A stretch of DNA of 64,000 nt, from contig NC_043002.1 in NCBI RefSeq assembly GCF_006345805.1, positions 106,764,001 through 106,828,000 on the forward strand, written 5' to 3'. Under the pieces are notes generated by a model, which saw only the letters and a program-made list of their open reading frames with translations, was not told where the DNA came from and searched no databases. This document shows positions 63,481 through 64,000 of the stretch, piece by piece (within the stretch, counting starts at the first letter, position 1; each line of letters starts with the position of its first letter). Source of the DNA: Octopus sinensis (lineage: Eukaryota). Position numbers and translations under genes: made by a program.

Positions 63481-64000
63481 GCAAACCTACAGGAAACAAA
63501 AAGACGAATGATCACAATAAGCAGTCAGCTACCCTACTCTAGTCGTTACCACTCCCAATGTAGGATTCCTTACCATGCAGGTGATAGGCACAGCCGTAAG
63601 ATGCATTATGAATCTTTAACAATTGGAAGGGTGTGACCCAACTGAAATAAACATTAACAACTGTGTGACGTGAGGGCTAAGGAGAAATGAAAGTGTCACC
63701 TCTGGAGTTTGCAAATGACCACTATACTGATATGTAACTGGACAGAATAAATTTACAATCTATAAATGTCTTTGAATAACCAGTCACTCATCTGGGAAGG
63801 CCTTGAAATCAATGTTACCATCTGGGGACTATGTGTGACCCAGTGATAATAAAAAGACTGAAAGGAGGTCTGCAATCAAATATCTTTACTCAACTCTTTG
63901 CAACTGAATCAGTGGAGGCAAAGATGCCTCTCATTTACTTGACAATTTATGCACCACATTGCAGAAATCACAATCTAAGTGTATGTCAAAGCAACCTCTT

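Overview
Repeat-dense, AT-rich animal genomic DNA. It is probably from an octopod cephalopod, inferred from recall of its SINE/RTE families and the microsatellite density, not from a search. Genes: (1) the last three coding exons of a pecanex gene (+; 539-645, 1620-1993, 2886-3170); (2) two tandem C19orf12/Nazo-like genes (+) inside a segmental duplication (~19.6-30.9 kb and ~36.3-52.6 kb). Both C19orf12-like copies share an early TGA that leaves 74-aa and 49-aa glycine-zipper peptides. Their aligned coding parts differ only by non-synonymous substitutions and in-frame deletions, while the adjacent intron sequence is ~98-99% identical. The rest is layered mobile DNA: a complete 4.1-kb LTR retrotransposon with a GGACC target-site duplication, two IR/DR-type Tc1 (DD34E) copies, a DD37D remnant, a near-full-length RTE LINE with a PHD finger inside its RT, CR1-like LINE fragments, Helitron remnants, Penelope-like remnants, a TTAA MITE and several tRNA-SINE families. 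Highlights: type I hammerhead ribozyme motifs (including a U3-A8 covariant core and copies in inverted repeats), a cluster of six STAT/GAS-like sites with kB-like flanks (7548-7776) that abuts a degenerate ~44-bp minisatellite, and a tail-to-tail inverted SINE pair downstream of pecanex. All alignments and counts were done by eye.
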